The translations under genes and the position numbers were made by a program. From contig NW_024704742.1 in the NCBI RefSeq assembly GCF_018977255.1, positions 26,352,001-26,416,000 on the forward strand: DNA of 64,000 nucleotides. Reading direction: 5' to 3'. Source of the stretch: Callorhinchus milii. Taxonomy: Eukaryota. Shown here piece after piece: positions 1 through 13,179 of this stretch (within the stretch, counting starts at the first letter, position 1; every line of letters begins with the position of its first letter). The notes under the pieces are model-generated. The model was not told the DNA's origin. It saw only the letters and a program-made list of their open reading frames with translations, and ran no database searches.

Positions 1-629
1 ATCCTCCTGCCCACAATTCAAACACACAACCCTACTCATTGAGCAATACGTCCACAAGTTGGAAGTGCAAAGCATGAGCAGCAGATGCTTATTTCTCTGC
101 ATATCAATCAAGGTGGATACCAAGTAATATCTCTGGTAAGTTTTGTGCTAATACAACCAGAATAGCAAAAGATTCACTCTATGCAGTGTTCTGTCACATG
201 TATGTTAATCATGGAGCGTAATATTATTCAAATATGATTTTAAAATGTTTGTTATTATCTTGTATTTGAAAAATAAATTGACCTTCAAAGATCAAACCAT
301 TAATCCTACTGTAGATATTTCAATGATTCTCTCTGATTCAAATCAGAAATCCATACAGTATTTCATATATTGATGTCTTCACAGAGGATTTACCATTGTG
401 TCAGGGATCAGACAAACCTTTGGCTGAACAACCAATTTTGGTGTCTTGGGAAGAGGAATACAACATCAATAATATGCTTGACCAATTCAGAGCGAGACGC
501 AATGGAATGCAATCAAAGTGAAAGTTCCTGACATTCAGTAACTGATGTTCAGAGAAAAACCGAGAGGCAAAGCAGATCTGTGCAAGGCACCTTCAAAGAG
601 ACTGAGGACACATTGAAGCTTAATATTGC

Positions 630-731
630 ACTCACTTTCCTTTCTCCATAGACGCTGCCTGACCTGCTGAGTGTTCCCAGCGACTTCTGTTTTTGTTTAA
701 AATTTCCACCATCTGCAGTATTTTGCATTTT
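630..731 (+). mobile_element. Penelope-like element terminal (pLTR) fragment
   Basis: actcactttcctttctccatagacgctgcctgacctgctgagtgttcccagcg...ctgcagtattttgcatt closely matches the reverse complement of 46629-46735, the end of the Penelope element in this window. Confidence 0.8.
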
Positions 732-1064
732 CCTTAATTTTTTTTTTACAGATAGATTGGCTCCAGCGTCAATCCACTGACTGCAGTTGTCAGTGACCAG
801 TTAGCCTCCTTCATATAGCTGAGGGATACTGCCAGTCAAAATATCCGGCCAGATTCAAGCGTCAGCCTTGAGTGCTACTTGAACTGATATGTCACTTTAT
901 TCTGATTCTGTGGAGGTTCCTTCTGATAAATTCTGATATTTAAAGTACATCATTAACATTTAAACTGGTATTTCACTGTAATTCAATAGTAGAGCAAACT
1001 GTTGATTCATTTTCAAAATCATCATTTATTTAGCTTGTAATTGAAGACTTGCAAAGCTTTATAA

Positions 1065-1510
1065 AGAATGTACAGTGCAGAAACAGGCCACTCAGCCCAG
1101 CCAGTCTGTGTCATTATTTATACTCCACACAAATCTTCATTCATTCCTTAGCCCCTCCTATACCCTTTCATACCCCTCTCCCTCATGTGAAGGTCTAGCT
1201 TCCTTTTGAATGCATCTACACTACCTGATTCAGGCAGTAAATTCAACAATCTCACTAACCTCTGTATAAGGTTGTTCATCCTAAATTCTCTATTAAGTCC
1301 CCTAGTCACTATCTTTCATTTTGGCCCCTGGTTACGGACTCCCCAACCAATGGAAACACCTCATCTATGTTACCTTATCGAACCCTTTGATAATTTTAAA
1401 CACTTCCATTAGACCCCCTACTAAATGTTTCTTCCCTCATGAAAAAAGACCTAACCTATCGAGTCTAGCCTGATAGCAGTAACCTACCTGCTCTGATATC
1501 ACCCTTATTA
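1065..1510 (-). mobile_element. Degraded CR1 LINE 3' fragment
   Basis: Begins tacagtgcagaaacaggccactcagccc, the reverse complement of a CR1-type 3' end; resembles 62577-63003 and 23245-23590. Confidence 0.6.
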
Positions 1511-1754
1511 AATACAAAATGTCCTGTTCATTTGTATTGAAAGCTGTTAGGCACTTGTTTCATATTCCAAATATGGTCACTTGAAAGTGGTCTACGTAGG
1601 AACATAGCCTTCCTCAGCTGCAGGAATGCTGTGGCACATGTGAGTCTGGTTATGCTCTATCTCTGGTTCACCAGGCTCCTTTCTAATCTGGTCCTGTTGG
1701 CCTTTTGGTGCAGCCTTGATGAGCTGAACTGCCTTCCTGGCTCTGAAACCCGGC

Positions 1755-1793
1755 CTCGCGCGAAGGGCGCTATATAAATGCAAGTTGTTGTTG
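1755..1793 (+). mobile_element. Isolated L2 3' tail
   Basis: agggcgctatataaatgcaagttgttgttg, the same tail as the L2 copy ending at 10352. Confidence 0.7.
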
Positions 1794-1888
1794 TGGGATA
1801 CTTAATCTGGTCTATGTCTCTCATTGGCAGTAATAGAAATGGAAGAAAACGGCAAGCGAGAATGAGGGGAGCCAACTGCCAGTTGACT

Positions 1889-2216
1889 TAATAATAATAA
1901 TAATAACCTTGCATTTGATATAGCGCTTTTCACGTCTTCTAGACGTCTCAAAGCGCTTCACAGAATAGACTGTAAAGTGAATTGACTGTATATTTGTATG
2001 CGAAACACGGCACCCAATTGTGTCCCACAAATAGTCGTGGATTGAAAATGACCAATTTATTATTGTTTTGTTTTGGAGGGATTATTATTGGGTGTGTGGA
2101 AGAAGGAAACTTGCCCAAGGTTTCGCCCTGCCTGGAATCGAATTCAGGTCTCTTGCTTGCAAGGCGAGTGCTCTAACCACTGAGCTACAGGACTCCAACC
2201 ACTGAGCTACAGGACT
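1889..2216 (-). mobile_element. tRNA-headed SINE, short subfamily, with duplicated 5' end
   Basis: Minus strand reads GGAGTCCTGTAGCTCAGTGGTTAGAGC (A box), cTTGCaa anticodon-like loop, GAATTCGATTCC (B box), L2-like tail and (TTA)n. Confidence 0.9.
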
Positions 2217-2939
2217 TGTGGTATGGGAGAGTGCTGAGGTTCTTATTTAGCAGAGATAGCAGTGAAACCCACTCATTCATTCAGTGAAACTCATTTAAGA
2301 CAGAGTGGGCTGGGGCTGAATCGGAAAAATTCCAGAGAGGAAAGCAAGGAATGCGATATGAAACGAATGTGAAATTTGCACAAAAAAATCATGTGTTTAA
2401 ATCACCAGTAAATCAAACACCACGTGGTTCGGAATCTGAAAAAGGTTTATCACTGGTCACTTCCAAACCAAAAATACATCTATTACCTTCACATCAGTTA
2501 CCTCATCACCCACAAACAATGACCAATCTCACTTCCCACACCAAACCTGCTGAGAGCTATAATACAGAGGATCATCTCATTTTAAGTTCAGTGGAAAGTC
2601 ATGAAACAAGTTTGTGACTCAGTTTTACAAACCTGTGCAGTTAGTTGCATGCTGCTTCAGTTCAGTAGAGTTGTACTACTCTCAGCTCAATAGTATTCAA
2701 CATCATTGAACTTAACGGTTTGCTGTGAGGTGGTGAACCCATAAGTGAAGGTTTGTTTCTGAACTGCATGCACCTGAATCTCAATAAGTACTGAGTCACT
2801 GAGTAAAAACATCATCGTACCAGCTCGGTGATTTACTGATACTGATCCAGAAGGCGCTGGGATGGACTGCAAATGAATATTTCATCTGTGTTGGGGGGGA
2901 TTTTCAAGGTGCCAATGAGTCACCTCTAAAGAGAGGTGA

Positions 2940-3075
2940 GAAATAATAATAATAATCCTTGCATTTTGATGTAGAGCCTTATCACATCTTTAAGACATCT
3001 CAAAGCGCTTCACACAACATACTGTAAAATGAATTGACGGATATTTTGTGGGTGAAATAGCATGCACAGCAATGG
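2940..3075 (-). mobile_element. SINE 3' fragment
   Basis: (TAA)n ccttgcatttt...caaagcgcttcac tail shared with the SINE family. Confidence 0.75.
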
Positions 3076-3657
3076 GGGAATAATCACATAAATCCCCCCA
3101 TTAAACATACACATCTTAAACAAGAACTATAAAGAGAATAGCAGATTGACGAGGTTACATGATTAACATTTTCACTCATGAGCCAAGCATAACTCACATT
3201 TGGGAATATTAATCTTGCATAAATAATTAATTCTGCTCCATGTAACTGCTGAAACATAATTTGGTGAATTTATGGATTACAAATGAGTATTTTTTGCTAC
3301 TTCAGACATTTTTCTTCCAGCACCTCCTAAATCCTTCCATAGAAACAATCAACTGATCAGATTGCAGATTCACCCATCTTGTTCTGTTTAGCCCACAAGT
3401 GCCATCCAAAGAATCCTGGGAGGTTAGGAAAAGATTAACAGGGAAATTCATCATGTTTGTAAACACTGTCCTTGACATTTCAGATGAGAAGAATCACATC
3501 TTTGGAGCAGATCACATTGTGTGCATTCAACTATGTTCAGCTGGAATATCCAACCTGCAATTGTTACCACATGTTTGCTCTGCATCATCTTGTACTACAC
3601 TTGAACCCTGTTATAAGGCAGGATATGGGGATTCATAAAATTCCAATCTGCTCTATA

Positions 3658-3825
3658 ACAACAACAAATTGCATTTGTATAATGCCTTTCATGTCAATAG
3701 GACGTCCCAAAGCCCTGGATAGTCAGGGAGCCGAAACCCAAGCTGGTGGTTGGGATCAGGAGGGGTGGAGGGTGGGGAGGGTAGGGGTAGGAGGGTGGCT
3801 GAAGGCACGATCGAAGAGGAGGGCA
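3658..3825 (-). mobile_element. L2 LINE 3' end fragment
   Basis: (CAA)n attgcatttgtataatgcctttcatgtc...aaggcacgatcgaagaggaggg, homologous to 53938-54120. Confidence 0.75.
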
Positions 3826-3959
3826 TGATCACTGCAAAAAGCTAGCCAGCTCGATTGCCGCATGCCAAATCCCTTTGTTCTGCTAACACTTTTTGAAGTG
3901 CAATGATAGGATTTCAAGCCAAATTTGATGTTTGATGACCAATTTGGGTGATGTCGTGC

Positions 3960-4110
3960 CCACATTCAGGATTCACATCTTCATGTTCAATTCCCTGCAC
4001 AGTCTCTCCCCACCCCACTTCTGCAACCATCTATGGCATTGTTGTTCCCTCCATTCAGCAAACAGTGGCCTCTTTCACATTCTTTGCCCAATCTGTGTCC
4101 AACATCAGTG
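3960..4110 (+). mobile_element. Highly degraded L2 ORF2 C-terminal fragment
   Basis: Translates to FRIHIFMFNSLHSLSPPHFCNHL..SLHSANSGL, resembling FKILILTFKALHGLAPSYLSDLL of other copies here. Confidence 0.5.
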
Positions 4111-5009
4111 GGTGAGCCTCCAGCTAGTCTGCTCCTGGGCCACATTATCAAGGCAGGATTGTACCTTTCCTAACTGGAGGAAGCATCACTTCCCAGCTGT
4201 TATGTTGAACAATATTGGCAGAGGCACTGCTGGCACAGAATGGTTCATATTGAAAGGGAGACAAAGGAAGAGGAAGTAAGGATTAATAGAAAACAACCTA
4301 TCCAAATAGAATAGCAGCACAAATTGTCTGTGTGGCAATTATGAAGACAAAGTCTAGGTTTTGAATCCCAATTCTGAATTATAGGCATTAATATTAATGA
4401 AAACAGCACCACTAGAATCCTGCATCACTGAAACTTTCCATACCAAAATAACTCTCAATAACTAATAAGCCTTCCACTTGATATAGTGCCTTTCACGTCA
4501 GGATGTTTCAAAGTGCTTCACAGTAAAGTGGAGTAACTCTGTATTTGTAGGCGAACGCTCTTGGCCTCAATGCACTACAGTCTGATCAAGAAAGGTTATT
4601 ACTTCTCCAGATAACATTTGACAATTTTCTGGTCAAATGACTGCAATGGTTGCTCTGTAAAAGCCCGTTCCATTACTTGGTATCACTTTCACTGCCACGA
4701 ATGCAAAATAATGCTCATCTGAAAATGCTCCTCGCTTTATTTCTTGTTTGATTTCAATCAATTTTAAATCATATTATCAAAGCATTTGAATTTCTGAAAA
4801 TGTAACCCTGCATAAAATGGCATGGAGAAATCTATCTTGACCCGTCATTTCTATAGCATCAACAATTTTGACATGGTACCTTGTTCTGCAGTAAATTTAT
4901 CACTTGTTCAACTGCTTAATGAAACTTTTGTCTTAAGCTTCAAGGGAATCATTCATCTACCTTGAAGTCTCACATTTCTCACAACATGCAGTTTTGTGCA
5001 CTTAGACCC

Positions 5010-5140
5010 ACAGCCGCCCAGCACCTAGTTTCACCCACAAAATATACAGTCAATTCACTTTACAGTATATTCTGTGAAGCTCTATGAGATGTCTCGAAGA
5101 TCTGATAAGGTGCTATATCAAATACAAAGATTATAATTCT
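5010..5140 (+). mobile_element. SINE 3' fragment
   Basis: aatatacagtcaattcactttacagtatattctgtgaag...gctatatcaaat matches 53070-53160. Confidence 0.8.
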
Positions 5141-6817
5141 GTGAAGAAATCAATGTATGAAATACTATATGGATTTCCGACTTGGATCAGAGAGCAGCCT
5201 TGAAGCTTCTAAAGTAGGCTTAATATTTTGATCTATTATTATGTTATTATAGTTAAAAATCAACCTGAAGCGATAATTTCTTAAAGGTTTTCAGTGATGG
5301 GTCAGCCAGATCAATAACACTGCCACTTTATATATGAATGCATGTTACTTTTCTTAATATATTTGAGCTTCCTAAAATAGCTATTTTTTGCAGGTTGATA
5401 TTTCATTCACCAGGTATTTTGTCAAGATTTATTATTGTTATTATTATCTTAGTCTAGCCCAAATGGTGAGAGAAACTCACTGTGAGGCAGAGTAAGTGGC
5501 TGAGGGGATACACAGAGTGGGTGAAAAAAGAAAGAAAAGCTATATCTGCTGGAAATAAAATCACTAAGTCCTTTGCTCAACCATATACATTTTTTAAACT
5601 TACTGGCTACACTGCACCCTGGAGTGACTGTAGACTGCTCTTTCAGGCAACCCGGTGGATACATTGGGACTGCTGAAGCACTGTGCCGGAGCCTCTCTAT
5701 CTGTCTCATAATATTCTCCTAAATTTCTTGCAATCAAAGCAAAAAGAATCTATAAATTTAATATACCCTTCCCACCCCCCTCCCCATTGAGGAGCCTTTA
5801 CTCATGGTAGAACGTTAGTTTGTGCTCGCTTTTGATCACGCCCACTCTTTGGAATACATCCAATTTAATTCAATCAACATCACAAGAAGCTCTTCAAACA
5901 CTCAAACGTTCCTTTGTACATAGAGCAAAGCAACCATGCTCCCCAGCTTTTGTGCTAACCATGCAAAGTAGATGAAGTAGTTGGGGGAGGTGGGGTTGAA
6001 AACATGCTTATTGAGAAAACTGCAGTGGAAATAATAATAATCCTTGCATATTGCATTTCCTTCCATTGGAAATGCAATGGGTCCCTCTTTGGGGAAAAAC
6101 AACTCAGAGGAATATAAAGTAAAATTATAATACAATTTATATTTATATAGAACCTTTCATATTGGGAGGACGTCTCAAAGTGCTTTACACAACCAGCTAT
6201 GCACCCAGGAATGGTGGCGGGGGTGGGGTGGGATGAATAAAAGCATGGTCAATCATGATTTCATAAAATGTCCACACGTTTAAAAACTTTATCGGGGCAT
6301 AAACAGGAGACGAGAGCAGAGCAGGATCCGGGTAGGGATTGGCCAACGTAGCTGTCACTCATCAGGGAGAGAAGGATCTGGACACTGAATATCTGATCTG
6401 AGCTGTCACTCACACGGATATCAGGCTCTGGGATGGTAAGTTTCAAGTGCCAATCACAGGGGCACTAATCTCCCAATTTCCCATATAGCCAGTCTGCCCT
6501 GGGTGCATTATTAGTGGCTTTCAGCCATTATATCCCAGCTCTCTGAAACTCTCTCCTCAAGAGAGAGAACTCCTTCCTGAAATCTCTTCACTTTGCACCA
6601 TCGCTCCTGAACCTTAAAAAAAATGCTTAAAAAGCAAATTACTGTGACTGTGGTCAACAACCTTAAACTCTCCTCTCACTTGGTCCTTGCTCAGTGACCC
6701 CCTATCATTGTTGTGAAGCACTTTCCTGCATTAACGGTGCTATGTAAGTGCAAGTGCAGTTGCAATGTTCCTTCAGGCAAGAGGATCACATTCTCATTAT
6801 GTACTTGAATTAAATTC

Positions 6818-7548
6818 CTCAACCTCCCTGGGCTCTCCCTCTGACTCACCCAACCAGTGAACAACCTAGGTGTCCGGTTCAATGCCCAGCTGTCCTTCCT
6901 CCCCTACATCCGGTCCTGATCAGGACTGCCGTCTTACACCTCCGCCACGTTGCCCGCCTCCAACCATACCTTACCCCAAATGCAGCTGAAACCCTTGTAC
7001 ATGCATTTGTCACCTGCCACTTCGATTACTCCAACGCACTCCCCTGTCTCCCCAGCTCCACCATTCACAAGATTCAGCTCATTCAAAACTCTGCCGCCCA
7101 CATACTGACCTGGACCAAACTCTGTACCTACATCTCACCAAGTTCTGACCAGGCTTCAATGGCTCCCCATCACCAATTGGATCAACTTCAAGATCCTCAC
7201 ACTCTCTGGTACCTCTCTACCTCTCTGACCTCCTCACTCCCCAGTCCACTGCCTCCACTCAACTGGCACCGGCCTCCTGCTCGTCCCTTGCACCCTCCGC
7301 CTCACCATTGGAGGTTGCGCTTTCAGCCACTACACCCCTAAACTCTGGAACACTCTTCCTCAATCCATCCACTTTGCCCCCTCTCTCCCCTCTTTCAAGT
7401 CCCACCTGAAAACTTCCATCTTCGATCGTGCTTATGGCCACCGCCCCCCTGCCCCACTCCCCCCGGCTTGAGTCAGGCTCCGTCACTGTTAAGCGCTCTG
7501 AGATGCTGCCCTGCATGGAGGGCACTATATAATTGTAAGTTGTTGTTG
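6818..7548 (+). mobile_element. 5'-truncated L2 LINE (ORF2 C-terminus + 3' UTR), frameshifted
   Basis: NLGVRF, AAETLVHAFVT, IQLIQNSAA and FKIL motifs; tail gttgttgttg. Confidence 0.9.
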
Positions 7549-8988
7549 AATTATAGCAGATTCAAGGGCGCATCACCAGGTTAAGAAGACTGAACGCTTG
7601 TCAGCTATGACTGACCATACTTGTGTTGTGAATCTTTTACAAGAGAAAATTCTAATAGATCCCTTAAAAAAAATGCTATTTAGCCACTTGCTGGTTTATG
7701 TTTTCATGTACATGTTGTTTAAAATATGATGAAAAGCCATAAACAATTGCAATACAATCCCTTAGTTTCTTTTTCTCTTCCTTCAGTTCTCTCAGCAAGA
7801 GCTCAAACCCAGAAACTTGATCTAACAGATACTTGATCAACAACACTTTCAAACACAGATTAGATAGTTTTCTTTTAGGAAATAACATTAAGGGATATAG
7901 TACATAGGTAGTTTGGGACATATGTACATGCGACTGCCAGGAAGGTGGAAGATTCTTGTGCATCTAAGTCGAACTCAGGCACAGAAGGTACAACCCAGGA
8001 AGTATCCGCTCATTCTTATCAACATTAGTACAAAGGAGTGAACCAGAAAAAGTAAAACGCTGCAAATCACAGGTCTTCTGCTATTGACAATATTGGCCTT
8101 GAGTCTCCATGGGAAACAGTATATACTCTGTAACAAATTGCTCTTACACTCCACTGACTGAAATCAAATAGCTACTGCTCAGATTTGCTGCCAGCGTACA
8201 AAGTCCTGTAAAGAAATGCCTCTTTTAATGGACCCATTAGCAGTGTCTGAGAGCAGTCAGTCAGAAGTGCACACTCTCTGAGACATCCTTCTGAGATGAC
8301 CTACATTTCTTGCTTCATTTCCCTACCCATTAGTCCAGTGCAGTCTGAATGGGAGGGGGGGGTGGGGTGGGGAGAAAGCCAAAGTTATTTCATTGCCCAA
8401 TAAGAAGACTGAAATAGCATAATGAGCGTTTTATGCTCAATAAAGTGCAATAACATTTCACTGTGAATTAGAATGCAAAAAAATAATAATGTAACTCTTC
8501 AGAAGACATTTAACAATGACATTTCTGAACATTTCTGGTACAACACTGGCCAAACAAATTCAGTTTCTTTAAATTTACAGAGTACAGCCAATATAAATGC
8601 CAAATCAAATCATCTTTTGTTCTACAGTTCTTGTTTAATCAATACTGTTGGATAAAAGCTGCTATTGCATAATAGTCTGGTGCAAAACACATTAGTCGTA
8701 TATTGGCATTAAGGCTAGAAGTATTTCTCCCTCTCTCGTTGCTGAGAAGATGCTACATTTCAAACCCTTTAAGGCAATAATCTCACACAGGAGGTGCGAT
8801 GTCCTTCTGTACAGCAGCTGATGCAAAGCTGATAGCATTTGACTTTTCTGTGTCATTCAACAGGGACATGAAGCTGAATATTCACATTAGCTTCAGGACG
8901 AGCTACAGAAATGAATGACATAAGCTTGGTCTCTTCAACTTTGAAAAGATGTCTTAACAACAACAACAACTTGCATTTACATAACGCT

Positions 8989-10352
8989 ATTCAAACCTGC
9001 CCTTCCTTGCCAAATATCTGGAACGCGTTGTTGCCAACCAACTTCGCGCACACCTCTCCCTCCACACCCTGCTCGAACCCCTCCAGTCCGGTTTCCGCCC
9101 TGCCCACAGCTCAGAGACAGCGCTCATGAAGGTCACAAACGATATCCTCTCTCTATCTGTGACCAGGGCTCCCTCTGCCTCCTCGTCCTCCTGGACCTCT
9201 CCACCACATTCGACACAGTCCATCACACCACTCTCCTCCACTGCCTGTCCTCCATCATCCAACTCAGTGGGACTGGACTCGCTTGATTCGAGTCCTACCT
9301 TACAAACAGCCAGCACTACATTTCTGCAAATGGCTTTTCTTTGCGCTTCCACCCAGTCACCAGCGGGGTACCCCAGGGATCCATCACTCTTGGTGATGTC
9401 ATCCGCAGACACAGGGTTAACTTTCACATGTATCGGATGACACTCAACTCTATTTTTCCAACTCCAGATGCGACCCCCAGTCCTCTGATGTTCTGTCAGC
9501 TTATCTGTCGGACATCAGGAGCTGAATGAGTGCAAATTTCCTGCAGTTAAACGTCAACAGAACGGAAACCATACTCTTTGGCTCCCACCGATGTCTTCTG
9601 TCCCATGGTTCTGACCTCCCCAACCTACCCGACCTGTCCTTAAACTTAGGCGTCAGGTTCGATCCCCAGTTATCCTTCCTCCCCAACATCCAGTCCCTGA
9701 CCAACACCCTTTCTTCCATCTCCGCCACATTGCCTGATTCCAACAATACCTCACCCCAAAAGCTGCGGAAACCCTTGTCTATGCCTTTGTCACCTCTCGG
9801 CTGGGCTACTCTAACACTCTCTTTACCGGTCTCCCCTCCTCTACTATTCACAAAATCCAGGTCATTCAAAACTCCTCCGCCAGCATTCTCACCCGCACCA
9901 AACATCGTCCCCAAGTACTCCAGTCCTTGCCAACTCCACTGGCTCCCTGTCACAGAGCGGATTGACTTCAAGATCCTCACTCTAGTGTTTAAATTTCCTC
10001 TATTCCCTGTCACCCACCTATCTCTCTAACCTCCTCTCTCCCCACAGTAGTACTAGCTGCCTCCGCTCTACTGGGTCCGGCCTCCTCCGTATCTCCGGAA
10101 TCCTCCGCTCCACATCGGCATCCGTGCCTTCAGCTACTACGCCCCGAAACTTTGGAACTCCCTCCCTCAACCGTTTCGCCTCGCCCCTTCCTTCCCCATC
10201 TTCAGGTCACGCCTGAAGACCTTTCTTTTCGATCACGCCTATGGTCACCTTCCCCCTCCCCCTGACTCGACTTGGGCTCCGCCATTGTTATGCGCTCTGA
10301 GACACCGAGTCTCAGCATGGAGGGCACTATATAAATGCAAGTTGTTGTTGTT
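8989..10352 (+). mobile_element. L2 LINE fragment with decayed reverse transcriptase domain
   Basis: SNLPFLAKYLERVV, QSGFRPAHSSETALMKVTND, GVPQGS, FHMY-DDTQLY (frameshifted), FLQLN, LHWLPVTERIDFKIL; (TTG)n tail. Confidence 0.95.
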
Positions 10353-11597
10353 CATGCTTTCCCAACAACCTACTCCAGCAATTGATTACGAAGAAGATAA
10401 TCAATGACTCAAACAGGTCACCAGCAAAGGTGGCAGGGGCCAGGGCAGGAGATTAATTAAAAAAGCAGCTTGATACAGTGATGCAGGGGAGAGATAGTAG
10501 GATGGGTGTTCTGGAAGGATGAAATCGGATAGGCTTCACCAAATAACACACCAATCTTGTAATCCTGAGGATAGCATCTTGGAGCGCTGATACACAAGAC
10601 ATCTCAGCAGATACTTAAGATATTTTAGGAGGACAAAGAAAGTAACCCCCATTAAAATATGTTTAGATGCTCCAAACCAGCAAAACCAGAGCCCATGTTC
10701 AGGTGAAGTGAAGATTTTGAATATTGCTTCATCGTAACGTAGAGCCTGTAACACTGAAGCCAGGTGACAATGTTATAATGGAGTTGTCCTGCAGTTTACA
10801 TGCTTACTTTTTCTGAAACACACCCATCCTGCACTGCTCAGCCTCATTTCTCCTTCAAAATCATTCTCGTGTTAGCTGCAGGGCTCCTCAGACCTTCCCA
10901 TCGCTAAAGGAATGTTTTCTTGGAGGTTTGATTGTGAGGGTGGAGGGAGCTGCAGAAGAAGTAGATCAACTTCTTTATCTTCCCAGCCAGTGTGGACCAC
11001 CTCCATATTCGTAGCATGGAATTGGATTAAAGCTCTAAACTCTTAGTGAAGCACTCTATCTTGTGAAGCACTTGAGATGTACTCCTGATGTGAAAGGTGC
11101 TATATCAAATCCCAGGATAATAATTTTTATTATATTTTTAGTGAGTGGTTAATCCACGCATTGTGTACTGATGGTTGATGCTCCCTATTCCTTGTTTGTT
11201 ATTTTCCATAAACTCACATTTAACCATGTGCATCATTCAATAATCCATTAAATTAAGCTGCTCACATCCCTATCAATACAAGCAATCTCCAATAAACCGG
11301 GCATATATTGTTGCTTTGTGCCAATCTAATAGTATTAGAAGTGTAGAAATGCCCTTCATATTTACAGTCACTGCTCCCTAGACAAAAATTCATCAATTTA
11401 GGTGCTGAATTCTACTGCTAACTTAATTTTCAGAGCAGCTAGCTGATGTGGCATTAATTCACATACCTTTTCTGCTTGGAAGAGCTCCAGGTGTAGAATT
11501 TTATGAAAAGTAATGGAATGATCTTGGCCGTTTGGTCTGTACAGTGGGACTGATTGGACCAGCAGAGTCCTGTAGTAGAGCTCCAGGATACAGAAGT

Positions 11598-12008
11598 GGG
11601 GTAAAAAGGTCACAGAGGTATGGAGGAGCGAGGCCGTGGAGGGCTTTAAAGGTGAGGAGCAGGATCTTGAACTGTATCCTCTGTGTGATGGGAAGCCAGT
11701 GGAGCCAGGCGAGGATGGGGGTGATAGGGTTGTGGAGCCTAGTGCGAGAGAGGGCACAGGCTGCAGAATTCTGGATGATCTGCAGCCTGTGGAGGGAGGA
11801 GGTGGGGAAGCCAACAAGCGGGGACTTTGCGTAGTCTAGCCTGGATGTGATGAATGCGTGTATGAGGGTTTCGGCGGCCTGGGGTGAGAGACAGTGGCGC
11901 AACTGAGTGATGTTGCGGCGGTGGAGAAAGGCGGAGCAGGTCATGGCATGGATGTGGGGGATGAAGGACAGTTGAAGGTCGAACCGGATACCGAGATTCC
12001 GTATTGGA
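11598..12008 (-). mobile_element. L2 LINE internal fragment
   Basis: ORF 11501-12043: RNLGIRFD..AAETLIHAFITSRLDY..LQIIQNSAA..LHWLPITQRIQFKILLLTFKALHGLAP. Confidence 0.9.
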
Positions 12009-12504
12009 TCCATTGCATTGAAGCAGATTATTGATTTATTCAAGTTTGCCTGTAACTCATATTTGTGTAATTTAGATTAAATGTTATGGTTCTGACTGAT
12101 ACAACTTATGTGAGTTTCACTGCAGTATCAAGCACATGCAGAATTAAAGAAATCCATGTGCAATGTATTACCTACACCAACAGTATTTTACAATGACTTT
12201 CCTCATTATAACAGATGAAGTGGCAGCATATTTAGTACTCAATGTATGCTTGCCAAGCAATTTACTTCAGACCACAGCAGTCCTTGATTAATGCACACAA
12301 ATCATTGGATAATCACATGGAATTCTGTTGACAATTATTTTCTGCCTGCACAGAAATATCAATGATAAGTCAAGCATAAAATATTTTCTGACCACTGGAC
12401 CAAAGTCATTTTGTACAAAACTAATTTGCATCTTAACAATTCAGTTAACCTGCTTCTTTGTCATCATTGAAATCCTTTCTAAAAACAGTGTAATAGATGA
12501 TTCA

Positions 12505-12605
12505 CATTTCGCCCCAAAATGTACGTTCAATTCACAGTATATTCTGTGAAGAGCTTTGAAACACCTCAATGATAAAGCATGATAGCAAAATGCAAGGATT
12601 ATGTA
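12505..12605 (+). mobile_element. SINE 3' fragment
   Basis: tttcgccccaaaat...cagtatattctgtgaagagctttga...atgcaaggattat. Confidence 0.6.
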
Positions 12606-12899
12606 ACTGAAAATTATTCAGCAGCACAGGCACTGTACTAAATGCCAACAAATTAGACCTAGTATCAGTTTCCTTTATCCTTCAGTCAGTTCTACTACCT
12701 ACGAGCAGCTTCTGCCCTAATGGAATACTACTGAAGGAAATATAGTGGCCATTTCCCATCATGTTGAATAACCTTATTATGACTTGATTAGGTTTAAGAG
12801 ATGTTTTTCAAAAGCAATTCTTAGAACTCAGCTTGTCTTCTCAGCATTCAAACAATGGATTAAACAGCGAATCAACTAAGCTCTAATTTTCATGTAAAT

Positions 12900-13000
12900 C
12901 CATAGAAACCATACGTACTTACAGTACAGAAGACGACCATTTGGTCCATCGTATCTGTCTTTAAAAGAGCGATCTTTTCAGTCGCGATTACCTACCCTTT
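12900..13000 (-). mobile_element. CR1 3' end fragment
   Basis: catagaaaccata...tacagtacagaagacgaccatttggtccatcgtatctg is the reverse complement of the CR1 tail at 42077-42205. Confidence 0.6.
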
Positions 13001-13179
13001 CCTCATGTCCTGTAGTTTGCTCCCTGCTCTACCTCAGCAGCAATTTATTGGTGGGTAAAGTCCACTGACCAAAACAGGATCGTTACATTAACATTGCTCT
13101 AATGTTAACTGCATACATATTGGAGAGAATGCAGTTTTACCATCAGTGCCTCTTTTAAAAAAAACACTACTCACTTCTT

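Noticed and set aside
3375..3416. Possible 42-nt minus-strand exon after a strong acceptor (cttttcctaacctcccag)
   Set aside because: Donor gtgaat is weak and neither open frame resembles a protein I recognise
7676..7963. Coiled-coil-looking ORF (ELLLRELKEEKKKLRD)
   Set aside because: Explained by a pyrimidine-rich tract read antisense; no supporting splice signals
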